64,000 nucleotides of DNA from Eledone cirrhosa (taxonomy: Eukaryota): contig OZ024761.1 of assembly GCA_964016885.1 (NCBI GenBank), positions 6,820,001 to 6,884,000 on the forward strand, read 5' to 3'. The notes under the pieces were generated by a model. That model saw nothing but the letters and a program-made list of their open reading frames with translations, was not told the DNA's origin and did no database searches. Below are positions 1-13,690 of this stretch, in pieces. Numbering within the stretch: position 1 is the stretch's first letter; every line of letters starts with the position of its first letter. A program made the translations under genes and the position numbers.

Positions 1-100
1 TCGACGAATTACTCTATTTTGAGCTGTGGTTATCCTCTTCACCTATGGTTATAACCTCTTGTATTGTTTTTGTAAAACAATATCTCATATGTGTGTGATA

Positions 101-242
101 CCCCAGTACATTACTGGTACTTTATTTTATCGACCACGTAACGATAAAAGCAAAGTTAACCTCGGCGGGATTTGAACTCAGAACGTAAAGGGCCATAACT
201 ATGCTGCACAGAATAGTGTCTGACGCTCTACCGATCTGCCAA
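101..242 (-). mobile_element. tRNA-derived SINE (conserved-core family), partial
   Basis: Minus strand has a B-box-like GAGTTCAAATCCCGCC followed by the core ...TTTGC(C)TTT(C)ATC...GGTCGATAAAATAAAGTACCAG. The same family recurs at about 13128-13475, 38535-38710, 51730-51890 and 54090-54580. Confidence 0.75.
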
Positions 243-387
243 GATAAAGATGGTGATGATGAAGGCGAGGTTGGGTGTTAATTCGACATCCTAACATCCA
301 TTTTATTAAAACCACTTGGAGAATAAAATAAAAAATAGAAAACAACCAACGACATTCCTCTTTAGTCACGAACAGAAAATATCAAGT

Positions 388-733
388 CTGTTGTTGTTAC
401 TGTTGTTGTTGTTGTTACTGCTGTTGTTGTTGTTGTTACTGTTGTTGTTGTTGTTGTTACTGTTGTTGTTACTGTTGTTGTTGTTACTGTTGTTGTTGTT
501 GTTACTGTTGTTGTTGTTGTTGTTACTGTTGTTGTTGTTGTTGTTACTGTTGTTGTTGTTACTGTTGTTGTTGTTACTGTTGTTGTTGTTGTTGTTACTG
601 TTGTTGTTGTTACTGTTGTTGTTGTTGTTACTGTTGTTGTTGTTACTGTTGTTGTTGTTGTTGTTACTGTTGTTGTTGATGTTAATGTTGTTGTTGTTGT
701 TACTGTTGTTGTTACTGTTGTTGTTACTGTTGT
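388..733. repeat. (TTG)n/(TTACTG) compound microsatellite
   Basis: Directly visible; explains the poly-L, poly-T and poly-N ORFs. Confidence 0.97.
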
Positions 734-852
734 CGCGGTGTGTGTTTGATAAACACACACACCCGGATGTAACTCATGCGCAAACTAAGCACACTACACA
801 CAAAAACACGATGGTGTAGGACAGAACAAAGGAGAGACACAAAATAAAAACC

Positions 853-1066
853 TAGTCACTAAGGAGGTCACAGAATGTGTGATGAAAGAGCTGTGACAAT
901 ATATTAAAAAAACATCCGGTTCTCGAACCAACCAACCGGAAATTTATAATAAATTGAAGTGAAAACCAACAGGTGTGTGTTTTTATTGGCAGCATGACCC
1001 TACCAAAGTTTAACAATATCTGTTTCCAGACAAGAAATCTCGCAAAACAAATTAAAAAACGAATTA
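853..1066 (+). mobile_element. Penelope-like terminal-repeat fragment with a degenerate hammerhead motif
   Basis: tagtca-CTAAGGA-g-gtcaca-gaatg-tgtgat-GAAA-gagc-tg-tgac at 853-897. The following ~170 bp is homologous to 7440-7660 and ends in a (TA) run. Confidence 0.6.
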
Positions 1067-1075
1067 TATATATAT

Positions 1076-2392
1076 ACTAGCAGTGGTACCCGGCGTTGCA
1101 CGGGATAAGGTATTTTGGAACGCGGGCCACCAACAGACCTAATCGTGGAAAAACTGCATGCCTGGACAATATGTAAAGGAAACAAACCAAATACTCTGAT
1201 GGTTGGATAATCTTTAAGATTTTCCTCGGTGAAGCAGGAAAAATGCAGGTTTTCACCTAATGCGGACCCTAGGGGATCAAGAAAATGAATTTTTTTTATG
1301 TGCATAATATACCTTGAAATTTCGGGAAAATCGGCTGGACGTAACGCCTCAAAATAGCCCTAAAAAGCTGAAAAAATGAAGTTTTTCACCTAATGCGGGC
1401 CGTAGGCCATAAAGAAGTTGGATTTTCTTTGCTCACGGTATGAAGAAGAGACTGACTAATACATAGTTACAATTTCAAGGAAATCGGTCTGACGTAACGC
1501 CTAAAAATAAAATTAAAAAGCTGAAAAAACGCAGTTTTTCACCTATTGGATCATCTAGGGCAGTGATTCCCAAACTTTTTTTTATCGCGGAACCCCTTGA
1601 CACTATCGCGGAACCCCTTGCACATGAATTAAACTAGTATTTGCAGAAGGTTGTGCTGCATGTTCAGCAATTTCTGTATCTTCTATAGAAGATTTTGTTT
1701 CTGTATTTCTTGTAATTTCAGTTCCTTTACGAATTTCTTGTTTTTTTAACCATCGATCCATTGAAGGGCTTTGAAAATAAAAAATGTTAATAAAACTCGA
1801 AAATAAACTCGTTTACAAGGAGCAAACATTTATTGATACAGGATACAGCACGTGCTTACCGTGTGAGACTTGGTACCTATGTTACGTTTAAGAGAGAACT
1901 TAAATATTCAAATGAGAGATTCAAATACGTAAGTTTATTGTAAAAAGTTATAAATCTGATTATAATTCTGAGTATTACACGGTGCTCACAGTACACCCTT
2001 AATAATGGAATACTACAACCCAACTGAACGATTTGGCTGAGAGCTCCGCAGTGTAACACTCTTTGCATGTTTATATGGGGAGTATATACTGATCATACAC
2101 GGTACAACTTGTTAGTCTTTATTTTTATAGTAAACTTCAGCTTGCGCCTTACGGAACCCCTGGCCTTGCTTCACGGAGCCCTAGGGTTCCGCTGAACCCA
2201 CTTTGGGAACCATTGACCTAGGGGATCAAAAAGTTGCATAACACTCCCTGAAACATAAGTAATACACATGTAACATGTAAAGTTTGAAAAAAATTGGTTG
2301 GGTACTCAAGCTCACAGACACACACACACACACAGACACAGACACACACACACACACACACAGACAGACATCCTCAGTTTTATATATATAGA
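1076..2392 (+). mobile_element. Non-autonomous Helentron/DINE-like element
   Basis: Starts ACTAG...CCCGGCGTTGCACGGG (subterminal hairpin), has internal tandem subrepeats, and ends in (CA/CAGA)n plus TTTTATATATATAGAT. Same architecture as 61362-62035. Confidence 0.6.
1561..2215. mobile_element. hAT (Charlie-like) non-autonomous DNA transposon nested in the Helentron-like element
   Basis: TIRs CAGTGATTCCCAAA / TTTGGGAACCATTG. 8-bp TSD ATCTAGGG (1553-1560) / ACCTAGGG (2216-2223), matching at 7 of 8 positions. Confidence 0.85.
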
Positions 2393-2409
2393 TATATATA
2401 TGTATATAT

Positions 2410-2538
<129 letters not shown>

Positions 2539-2732
2539 ATAATAATAAATTTGAAGACTAAAATCCAAAGAGGGCTCGATAAGGATAAATATATATCAAA
2601 TATATAAGAACCGTAGAGCAAATATTTATTAAAATAACAGATTAAAGTTTAAGCAAAGAATGGTTAGTTTCAGAAGATCCCGTTAAGGGTGAAAACAGCG
2701 ATTCTTTGCTTAAACTTTAATCTGTTATTTTA

Positions 2733-2797
<65 letters not shown>

Positions 2798-2934
2798 TAG
2801 TCTGTAGATCCATTCTAATATACTTAGTTGATGATTTAATGTAATATTAAATAAGATTCTTACCTTTAAATATTGAAGTATTAATGAGGCGCAGATTTCA
2901 TTCTACCTTTCAGTAATTTCTGTTTCATTTTAGA

Positions 2935-3185
2935 TGATTGAGCCGTACTTCAACATGGCTTCACTTGAGTCGTACTTCAATATGGCATCAGTTGAGTTGT
3001 ACTTCAGTATGGCTTCACTTGAGTCGTACTTCAGTATAACTTCACTTGAGTCGTACTTCAGTATGGCTTCACTTGAGTTGTACTTTAGTATGGCTTCACT
3101 TGAGTCGTACTTCAGTATGGCTTCACTTTAGTCGTACTTCAGTATGGCTTCACTTTAGACGTACTTCAGTATGGCTTCACTTGAA
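2935..3185. repeat. 27-bp tandem repeat, about 9 units
   Basis: Unit CAGTATGGCTTCACTTGAGTCGTACTT. Confidence 0.95.
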
Positions 3186-3809
3186 GTAAAACCATAGAAG
3201 CAAATGTTCATGTTTAGTTTTTAGTCTTAAAATTGACATAGTTGTTTTGTTGTGTCTTGAAAACATTCTTTTGACCGTAGAGTTGTTTCACTGCTGTAAA
3301 GACAATACATATTTGGTTGTTTGAGAGATAAATTCATAAATTGACTCGTCCAAAATAGGAGAAAAGTCCACTTTAGATAACCCAAAAAGTAGCAGGTAGT
3401 CCGTATTTTGTTGTTTATTGTTATATCTAAGAGAGATGGGAGGGAGGGAGTGTGTGTATGTGGGAGAGAGAGAGACTTTGCGGTCTTGCAGAGGAACTCG
3501 ACTGCATGGAGTCCTTGGATAATCTAGATTTCTTAAACTTTGCTTTTTTTATGTTATTTGTTTTTTCAATAGTAAACAAAGTAAACTTTCAATGTTTTCA
3601 TATCAAAATATATCTTTAAAAACAAACAACACCTATTGCTTCAAGATTTCTAGTCTAGTTGTACTGGGAGAGAGGGGGGAGAGTCACTCTACCCCAGTCT
3701 GAGTGGTGGCACAACCCTGCCACAGATAGGGGGACTTTTCGCTTTACCAAACAAATTTAAAATGGCACCGTGTATCCAAGGATCCCTCCCCAGAATAGTC
3801 GGACAATCG

Positions 3810-4587
3810 GGCTGCCATCTGGCGGCGAGCCGACACGCCACGGGTCACTGTTTGGTCTGGGGCTGCCATCTTAGAGGCGAGCCGACACGCCGCGGGTCAC
3901 TGTTTGGTCTGGGGCTGCCATCTTAGAGGCGAGCCAACACGCCGCGGGTCACTGTTTGGTCTGGGGCTGCCATCTTATAGGCGAGCCAACACGCCGCGGG
4001 TCACTGTTTGGTCTGGGGCTGCCATCTTAGAGGCGAGCCAACACGCCGCGGGTCACTGTTTGGTCTGGGGCTGCCATCTTAGAGGCGAGCCAACACGCCG
4101 CGGGTCACTGTTTGGTCTGGGGCTGCCATCTTAGAGGCGAGCCGACACGCCGCGGGTCACTGTTTGGTCTGAGGCTGCCATCTTGGCGGCGAGCCGACAT
4201 GCCATGGGTCACTGTTTGGTCTGGGGCTGCCATCTTGGCGGCGAGCCGACACGCCACGGGTCACTGTTTGGTCTGGGGCTGCCATGTTGGCGGCGAGCCG
4301 ACATGCCATGGGTCACTGTTTGGTCTGGGGCTGCCATCTTGGCGGCGAGCCGACACGCCGCGGGTCACTGTTTGGTCTGGGGCTGCCATCTTGGCGGCGA
4401 GCCGACACGCCGCGGGTCACTGTTTGGTCTGGGGCTGCCATCTTGGCGGCGAGCCGACACGCCGCGGGTCACTGTTTTTCTGGGGCTGCCATCTCGGCGG
4501 CGAGCCGACACGCCACGGGTCATTGTTTGGCCTGGAGCTGCCATCTGGGCGGCGAGCCGACATGCCACGGGTCACTGTTTGGTCTGG
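3810..4587. repeat. GC-rich 52-bp minisatellite, about 15 units
   Basis: Unit GGGTCACTGTTTGGTCTGGGGCTGCCATCTT(A/G)G(A/C)GGCGAGCCGACACGCCGC. Confidence 0.97.
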
Positions 4588-5323
4588 AACCTCCCCAACC
4601 AGGAACAAAACTCCAGACGGTAACGCTCTCTCGGATTTACGGAATACACAAGCCCCCTCGCCATGACAAGGCCAGACTCCGACCACGTAAATGAGTAATT
4701 GCTGCCAACAAATTTCGGTTAATTATATTACATCAAAGAGCCTCTACGTGGTCGCTTGTCATGCTAAACATAGCATCTAAATATACCTCAATTCACGCTC
4801 TACCGTCTATATATTTAACTTATATAAAGTATCTCATTCATTTTAGATTTTTAAATATCATAGAAAAGTAGAGGATTGTAACTGTCAATTTTAAAGTTGT
4901 CCAAACAGTAGCAAGTCACTCCAAGTGTCACTCAAGGTGTCACTTCAGGTGTCACTCCAGGTGTCACTGCAGGTGTCACTCCAGGTGGCGTTGCAATCTT
5001 GAAACCTAGTCAAGTCTGCAAATTGTTGCCCAATTTCACATTCCTTTGGAAAAATACATTCACCCCACCTTAGGTCACACATAAAAGATGAATTTGTCTT
5101 GTCCATCGAAAATGTAATCCATGTGTTGAAAATGTAGGTTAAAATAAATCCCGTAAAACAATAAAACATCAAAAGGAAAACAGAGTCATGATATAAGTTA
5201 AAACGACGAACCTGCAGTTTCCAGAATCAGACAGATCCATACAATGATCGTGTCTCGAGCTGGCCGCCGGCGAAACAATTGTAACACACAATAAACTGAG
5301 TCCAGATGCATCACTGATTTTTC

Positions 5324-5525
<202 letters not shown>

Positions 5526-6049
5526 AATATCTATAAGTCGTTTGGAAGCCTCGACAATGCAAATGGGTAAATCTCCGGGTAACAAGATCCGGTGGTGGAG
5601 AGCGAGATGTAAGTGGGTGTACGTTGAGATGCGTGGCGTGTATAAGACGTGTAGAAGAATGAAGGAAAGGGTATAAAGGATAAAATAAAAATAACAACAC
5701 GAGAGAGAGTTACCTTGGGAGAGATTTAATAGTCCCTATATATTTCGGATTATAGTCCCTATATATTTCGAAATATATAGGGACTATTAAATCTCTCCCA
5801 AGGTAACTCTCTCTCGTGTTGTTATTATTATTATTATTATTTTTATTTTTATTTTATCCTTTATACTCTTTCCTTCATTCTTCTACACATCTTATACACG
5901 CCACGCATCTCAACGTACACCCACTTACATCTCTCTCTCCACCACCGGACCTTGTTACCCGGAGATTTACCCATTTGCATTGTCGAGGCTTCCAAACGAC
6001 TTAAAGATATTTACTTATTATTCCACAATGCTTCAAGCAAACTTCAATA

Positions 6050-6161
<112 letters not shown>

Positions 6162-6199
6162 ATATTAACAAATGGAAACTATATTTATAAAACCATATT

Positions 6200-6265
6200 T
6201 ATTTTATTATACATATTTCAAGGGCCACCAAGGCAAATTATGGTGCGCTTTCATCAGATAAAATG
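6200..6265 (-). ncRNA. Minimal hammerhead ribozyme motif (inverted copy of 6365-6430)
   Basis: Other arm of the 6160-6468 inverted repeat; TCATCAG at 6251-6257 is the reverse complement of CTGATGA. Confidence 0.65.
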
Positions 6266-6364
6266 CAATACAGATTAGTTTTATAAATAAATATTGACAT
6301 ACCCTGAAAAAAGACAAGCTTAACGGTTGGAGCTTCCTGGATATAATAAAACTAATCTGTATTG

Positions 6365-6430
6365 TATTTTATCTGATGAAAGCGCACCATAATTTGCCTT
6401 GGTGGCCCTTGAAATATGTATAATAAAATA
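6365..6430 (+). ncRNA. Minimal type-I hammerhead ribozyme motif
   Basis: Stem I tattttat/ataaaata; core CTGATGA (6373-6379); stem II around cacca/tggtg; GAAA (6411-6414); short stem III ata-tg-tat plus A. Confidence 0.7.
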
Positions 6431-6534
6431 AATATGGTTTTATAAATATAGTTTCCATTTGTTAATATATCGTATATTTACTCCAATAAACTATTACGTG
6501 CTTTATATCAGTTCTAAAAATATTTTTAAGCTTG

Positions 6535-6643
<109 letters not shown>

Positions 6644-6753
6644 GTATAATTAGTTGTTATTATAAGAGGAATGTGGCGTGGAAACATTTGTACATGTCGA
6701 AACTAAAGGTGTATATACGTATATATATGTGAGTGCGTAATAATGATGATGAT

Positions 6754-6784
<31 letters not shown>

Positions 6785-6789
6785 GTATG

Positions 6790-6885
<96 letters not shown>

Positions 6886-6908
6886 TACATACATATATAT
6901 ATATATAT

Positions 6909-7239
<331 letters not shown>

Positions 7240-7389
7240 ATACTTTGGGAGGGTCATGTTGCCAATAAGAAACACACGCACCAGTTGCTTTCACTTCAAT
7301 TTATTATATATTTATAAATTTACAAATCTACAAACTTATAAATTTCTGGTTGGTTGGTTGGTTCCACAACCAGATAGTTGTTTATATAT

Positions 7390-7438
7390 ATAGTCATAGT
7401 CCTTTCGTCACACACTCTGTGACCTCTTCAGTGACTAT
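7390..7438 (-). ncRNA. Minimal hammerhead ribozyme motif
   Basis: Minus strand reads atagtca-CTGAAGA-g-gtcaca-gagtg-tgtgac-GAAA-ggac-TA-tgactat, with a 7-bp stem I and a 6-bp stem II. Confidence 0.75.
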
Positions 7439-7803
7439 GACTATATATATAAACAACTATCTGGTTGTGGAACCAACCAACCAACTAGAAATTTATAAGT
7501 TTGTAGATTTGTAAATTTATAAATATATAATAAATTGAAGTGAAAGCAACTGGTGCGTGTGTTTCTTATTGGCAACATGACCCTCCCAAAGTATAACAAT
7601 ATCGGTTTCAACACACGATTTCAGATAAAGAATCTTGCTAAACAAATTCAGAAACGAAATATATATATATATATATAGTATATTATATATTATATATATA
7701 TAGTATATATATACAGTAGATATGTATGTATATATATAGTATATATAGTGAGTGAGTATATATATATATATAGTATATATAGTACAGTATATATATATGT
7801 ATA

Positions 7804-7836
<33 letters not shown>

Positions 7837-7910
7837 GTATATATACATATATATATATATGTATATATAGTATATATAGTGTAGTAGTAGTATGAGTATA
7901 GTATACTATA

Positions 7911-7944
<34 letters not shown>

Positions 7945-7981
7945 TATATATATATATATATATACACATATATATATTATA

Positions 7982-8033
<52 letters not shown>

Positions 8034-8049
8034 TATTTTATATATAGTA

Positions 8050-8153
<104 letters not shown>

Positions 8154-8337
8154 CTATATATTATATATATGTATATATAGCTTTGGGAGTACTCCACCCT
8201 GTTGATATCATTATTACGTCAGACGTAATTTATTTTTCTGTAGTAACGATCTTAGATATTGAGTGGTAACTACTGCCGGTGTTTGCGGTTCAGAGGGCGT
8301 AGCATGTGTTACATATAGAGTAGTGTGTGAGTGATAA

Positions 8338-8372
<35 letters not shown>

Positions 8373-8424
8373 GGTATGTATATGGTATATATATATGTAT
8401 ATATGTATATATATATATATATGG

Positions 8425-8456
<32 letters not shown>

Positions 8457-8473
8457 TATATATATATATATAT

Positions 8474-8545
<72 letters not shown>

Positions 8546-8760
8546 TGTATTATATATATATATATATATAGTGGTAGAACACTGGAAAGTAGTATCCGTA
8601 GTGGGAGAGCACTCAGAGTGAGAGTACAGTACAGTATATATATACGAGTATATATAGAGTATAGTAGAGTGTGAGATATAGATGCAGTACATATATATAC
8701 ATAGATATATATATTACTACATACATATATATATATACATACATATATATATATATATTC

Positions 8761-8791
<31 letters not shown>

Positions 8792-8883
8792 CATATATAT
8801 ATATATGCATACATATATATATATAACATATATATATATATATACTACATACATATATATATATATATACATACATATATATA

Positions 8884-8989
<106 letters not shown>

Positions 8990-8992
8990 CAC

Positions 8993-9055
<63 letters not shown>

Positions 9056-9064
9056 CATATATAT

Positions 9065-9149
<85 letters not shown>

Positions 9150-9190
9150 CGAAACAGAAGTCAATTGCATGAACTCATAATCCTTTATTT

Positions 9191-9248
9191 ACTGCTATAT
9201 ATATATTTCGATGATAGCCATTGAATGGCTATGACCTCATCGGGCAGT
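9191..9248 (-). ncRNA. Hammerhead motif with one core substitution (CCGATGA)
   Basis: Minus strand reads actgc-CCGATGA-g-gtcatagccat-tca-atggctatcatc-GAAA-(TA)5-gcagt, followed by AATAAA. Confidence 0.6.
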
Positions 9249-9444
9249 TAGTCAGTTCTTAGATATGCCACCTCTGTGTTTATGGTGTTGATGGTATCAG
9301 AGCCTTTGGATATATATAGTGGTGGAACACTGGAAGGTAATATCCGTAGTGGTATAGCACTCAGTCCATGGGACGAGTTAGTTAGAAGTGGTTACACAAC
9401 AGTTAGTTCACCATACCGAGAACAATTGTTTCACCTTAGCGATT

Positions 9445-9484
9445 CCGAGCTGAGGATCCGCTAAGGTGAAACAATTGTTCTCGG
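9445..9484 (+). ncRNA. Minimal hammerhead ribozyme motif with palindromic stem III
   Basis: ccgag-CTGAGGA-tcc-gctaa-ggt-GAAA-caattg-TT-ctcgg. The palindrome ACAATTGT is typical of dimer-dependent minimal hammerheads. Confidence 0.75.
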
Positions 9485-9512
9485 TATGGTGAACTAACTG
9501 TTGTGTAACCAC

Positions 9513-9553
<41 letters not shown>

Positions 9554-9880
9554 CATATGTATATATATAGTTAGGGAAGCAGGAAAATGCTTATTGTGAT
9601 CCAGTTTGTGGTTAAGAAAGCCAGTTTCATGGACGGTTTCAACGTACGGTTAGGGGTAACTCCACAAGTTTGTAAGAATTCCGTTCAATCTTGGAGTATA
9701 AAGTATAAAAGAGAAAACACAGGTAAGCATTAAGAAAAGGATTTTATCCAGGTATTTACGACCGTTTCATTGGTAAGTGCAACCCTTTATTGCTATACTG
9801 CAAATAGCAGCCACTCAATGATAATTGTTGTTCACGTCTAAATTTTTTAAATAGTGAGTAAGTTACTCTTAAAAAAGTTC

Positions 9881-12012
9881 TTATATATAGAGAAATATCA
9901 AATTCAAAAAGCGGAGGAATAATAAACTCCAGAATGACATGAATACATTCCTAAAAAAGTTGCGAACTACCAATGGAATTATTGTCAAAGCGGATAAAAC
10001 CTCAAATGTGTATACGATGGATATTAATACGTACAATAGCTTCATACGGAAGGAATTACATAGGAAATACAAAAAAACTAACGAGGCGGCACTGATAAAC
10101 ATCAACAACGAGGCACACAATATAGTCAAACACCTAGAAATAGACGACAGAACAGAGCCGCTTAGGCCATGTACCCCCACATTTAATCTCAAGGACCACA
10201 AAGCAAATTTTGATTATAACCCCACAATTAGACTTATATGCCCGTCCAAATCGGACATTGGAAAAATTAGTAAACATATATTAGACAGAGTGATAGCACA
10301 AATGAAGAATAAACTAGTGATTAAACTATGGGGTAACGCTACCGAAACAATTAAGTGGTTTAACAATATAGCTAACAAAAATGTATCTAAGTTTATACAA
10401 TTTGACATTAACGACTATTACTCCTCTATATCCCCCAACACCTTGGATAAAGCCTTAACATTCGCCAAAGCCAATTCTGACCTAACAGACGGCGAGATAA
10501 AAATTATATTAGCTGCTAGGAAAACAATAATTAAATTTGAAAGCGCCTATTGGGAACGTAAGGATAGATTAAATAACTTTGACATCACGATGGGGGCTAA
10601 CGACTCGGCTCAAGTCACAGATTTAGTAGGTATCTACATAGCCCATAGTTTACAGAGTGAGTTTAGCGATCTTCACGGTGGAATCTACAGAGACGACGCC
10701 CTTCTCCTAGTTAAGAACCTAAATAACCAGTGCATAGAAAGATTCCGTAAGAATATTAGAAAGGCCTTAGCATAACGTATGAGTATAGCACTAAAATAGT
10801 TAACTTTCTTGACGCGACGCTTAACCTAAATACGGGACTTATAAGACCTTTTCACGAGATTAATGAAAACTTAGCATACATCAACTGTAACTCAAACCAC
10901 CCACTATCCATAATTAAATCCATTCCACGCAACATATCCCTTAGGATCTCCCGCCTCTCGTCTAACCGACAAATCTTCGAGGAACATGCAGAATACTACA
11001 ATACGCACTAGACAAGGCAGGCCACTTAGATGAAAGCCTCCGTGAAACGCACACGAACACGCATAATACAAACTCCAAAAGCACACGCACACACGCATTT
11101 ACGCATAGAACTATAAATTATATGTAAATAAAAATACAACATCGAAATCAAACAAGTCACGCAGTAGAAAATATATTTGGTATAACCCCATATTTAACAC
11201 CTCTACTAGTACTAACCTACCCTCTACTTTCTTTAGAATAATAAATAAGCACTTTCCAGATTCACATAGATACAGCAAAATCCTTAACACTAAATCTATT
11301 AGACTATCTTACTCCACGGCACCAAACATAGAGGCACACATTAAGATGCTTAACGCCAAAAAGATACATAACAACACCAGAACACAAATTTACAACAACA
11401 ATACAATTACCATTGAGCACAACAGAATATCTAATACACAACCACCCACTAATAGGCAAACAAAACGTAACATACTTGTACAGGCATCGCAGCCCACTAA
11501 TAATGGGCAAACAAAACGTAACATACTTGTACAGGCATCGCAGCCCACTAATAATGCCAAAGTTGCCCATGACAAGAATTGTAACTGCCACCTACCTGAA
11601 ACATGTCCATTACATAATGAATGTATGCAGTCTAACCTGGTTTACCAATGCACAGTAGAATCAAACAACCAGAAATGGTATTACATCGGAGCGACTGGGA
11701 ATACATTTAAAGCCCGTTGGTATACACACCGTTACGCAATGAAACATTCCCAGTATCGTTATGTAACTACCCTTGCAAACAATACCTGGCAACTGAGGGA
11801 AAGTAATCACCAATACTCTGAAGTGGAAAAAATTATCGAACACGCCCCCATATCGGAGTGGTATGAGAAGCTGTCGATTATATGACCTTGAGCTGTTCCA
11901 CATTTTGAGTTCGAAGAATAAGTTACTCAACAATAAAATCGAAAGATCAATTTATTGTAACCATAGACTCAAAGAAAAGTGTTCGCACTACAAGTGCAAA
12001 TCGAACCCTTAA
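9881..12012 (+). mobile_element. Penelope-like retroelement (RT plus C-terminal GIY-YIG endonuclease), 5'-truncated and decayed
   Basis: RT motifs VKADKT, QFDINDYY, TMGA, GIYRDD, then VNFLD. Downstream are CNC..CP..C, VYQC...YYIGATGNTFKARW (GIY-YIG) and C-terminal C.L..LE...LLN...CNH. Stops and frameshifts break the ORF. Confidence 0.92.
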
Positions 12013-12399
12013 CCTCTTACTACCACCTGACAAACTGCATATACTTAGACTTTCTACCCTCTTATTGTATCTAACCCCTTTAATTACCCACAAAAATCAA
12101 TACCTATATCCCTCCCTTCTCCTTCATTCCTTTTCTATTTCTTTTCGTTTTCTTCCTTTCTTCTCTCCCCTTTTTGGCTATCTTTTCTCTTCTTCTTTCT
12201 CCCCCCCCCCCCCCTCCTTCTTTATTTTATTTTTTTTATATATATATTTATCTCTCTATATCTCCCTCTCTCTCTTTCTCTCTCTCCGTCACTCCCACTA
12301 TAAACAATTTAATTCTCTTTAACTCACTACAATCCAAATCGACGACATGAAGTCTACGTATCAAAACTGATCAAGGAATCCTTCCACCTCTACCCCTCC

Positions 12400-12600
12400 C
12401 TACCATATACCCTAGAATGGGGAGTGATAGCTAAAGCCCCTTCTTATAAACCACCTAACAAATTCTGTAACCTTTGCCTTCTTGAGTCTCGCACTACTAT
12501 TTATTCTAATCTCAACCTACTAAATAGAAAATCAGAGATATGTTCCATTTGTCCACACTACCACAGATATTCTTTCCACTATTTCAAACCAAATAGCTAA
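12400..12600 (+). mobile_element. C-terminal GIY-YIG fragment of a second Penelope-like element
   Basis: Hand translation LEWGVIAKAPSYKPPNKFCNLCLLESRTTIYSNLNLLNRKSEICSICPH...* parallels the C-terminus of the element upstream. Confidence 0.8.
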
Positions 12601-13127
12601 TATATAACAATGTCAGATATATTACTATATTACTACTACCTTTATGTGTATTTCTTTAGCTTTCTGTAATTATATAATATACCTTAACTTAACTATAGAT
12701 ACCTTAACTTAAAACAAACCACACCAACCTATATCCTGTCCGATATTCTTTCTTAATTATCAAACTATCACCATTTCATATATATATATATATATTAACA
12801 AACTCCTTCCTAGATCTCTCACCTAATACAAATCTAATTGTTCTTCATAACCAAATAAATAAACTATTTAAATAATATATAAACTACTAAAATAATATAT
12901 AACACTAAATAGCTGACAACAGTGTATATAATACTAATTACTCCATTATATATTATATAAATCCCTACCTTCTTATTAAAAATGTAACTCTCTCTACACA
13001 CAATCTGAATAAATAAGAATAACAAATAACTTTTATATATAATTAATTAATAATCATTAATAATATTTTATAATTTATAAGTATTAATTTATAACACTAT
13101 TTAATGAATGATAACTTTCAATAGATA

Positions 13128-13475
13128 ATGGTTTCTTATATAGGCACAAGGCCAGCAATTTTGGGGGAAGGGGAAGTCGATTAAATCAACCCCAGTGCGT
13201 GACTGATACTTTATTTTATCGACCCCGTAAGGATGAAAAGCAAAGTTAACCTCGGCAGGATTTGAACTCAGATCATAAAGGACCGTAACTCTATGCTGCA
13301 AAGCATGGCGTCCAACCCTCTACCGATACTGCCAATCCGCCGCCCTTAATTTTCAATAGATAATTGTTTCTACTTTAGGCACAAGGCCAGCAATTATCCC
13401 AGTGCATTACTGGTACTTATTTTATCGACCCCGTAAGGATGAAAGGCAAAGTTAACCTCGGCAGGATTTGAACAA
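13128..13475 (-). mobile_element. Two tandem tRNA-derived SINE copies
   Basis: Repeated core TATCGACCCCGTAAGGATGAAAGGCAAAGTTAACCTCGGCAGGATTTGAAC. Confidence 0.8.
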
Positions 13476-13534
13476 TAGATAATAAAAATAATTCAGAATA
13501 GTAAAACAACCCTTCTTTTAGGTTTATGGTAGAG

Positions 13535-13690
13535 CCTGTAGTTGTGGAGACTCCGGAGTTCTTGGTCCCCTCACACATCCCTACTCACTGCTATCGGAGC
13601 GGAGTTGGCCGCCGACAGATGCGTCTCCTTCGCCGTACTCCGGGGCAATGTATTCTCCAGCCCGTCTGTAGAAGGAGCCCCAGGAGGTGA
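13535..13690 (+). mobile_element. CRE-like non-LTR retrotransposon 3' fragment
   Basis: Encodes EPVVVETPEFL..., SLLTAIGAELAA and VSFAVLRGNVFS, homologous to 19930-20090. Confidence 0.65.

Noticed and set aside
3904-4694. Overlapping repetitive ORFs as a repeat protein
   Set aside because: The 52-bp unit is not a multiple of 3, so frames rotate; this is a minisatellite artefact.
11346-12012. Selenocysteine recoding in the Penelope-like element
   Set aside because: No in-frame TGA was seen at the conserved Cys positions; the breaks are frameshifts or TAA stops.
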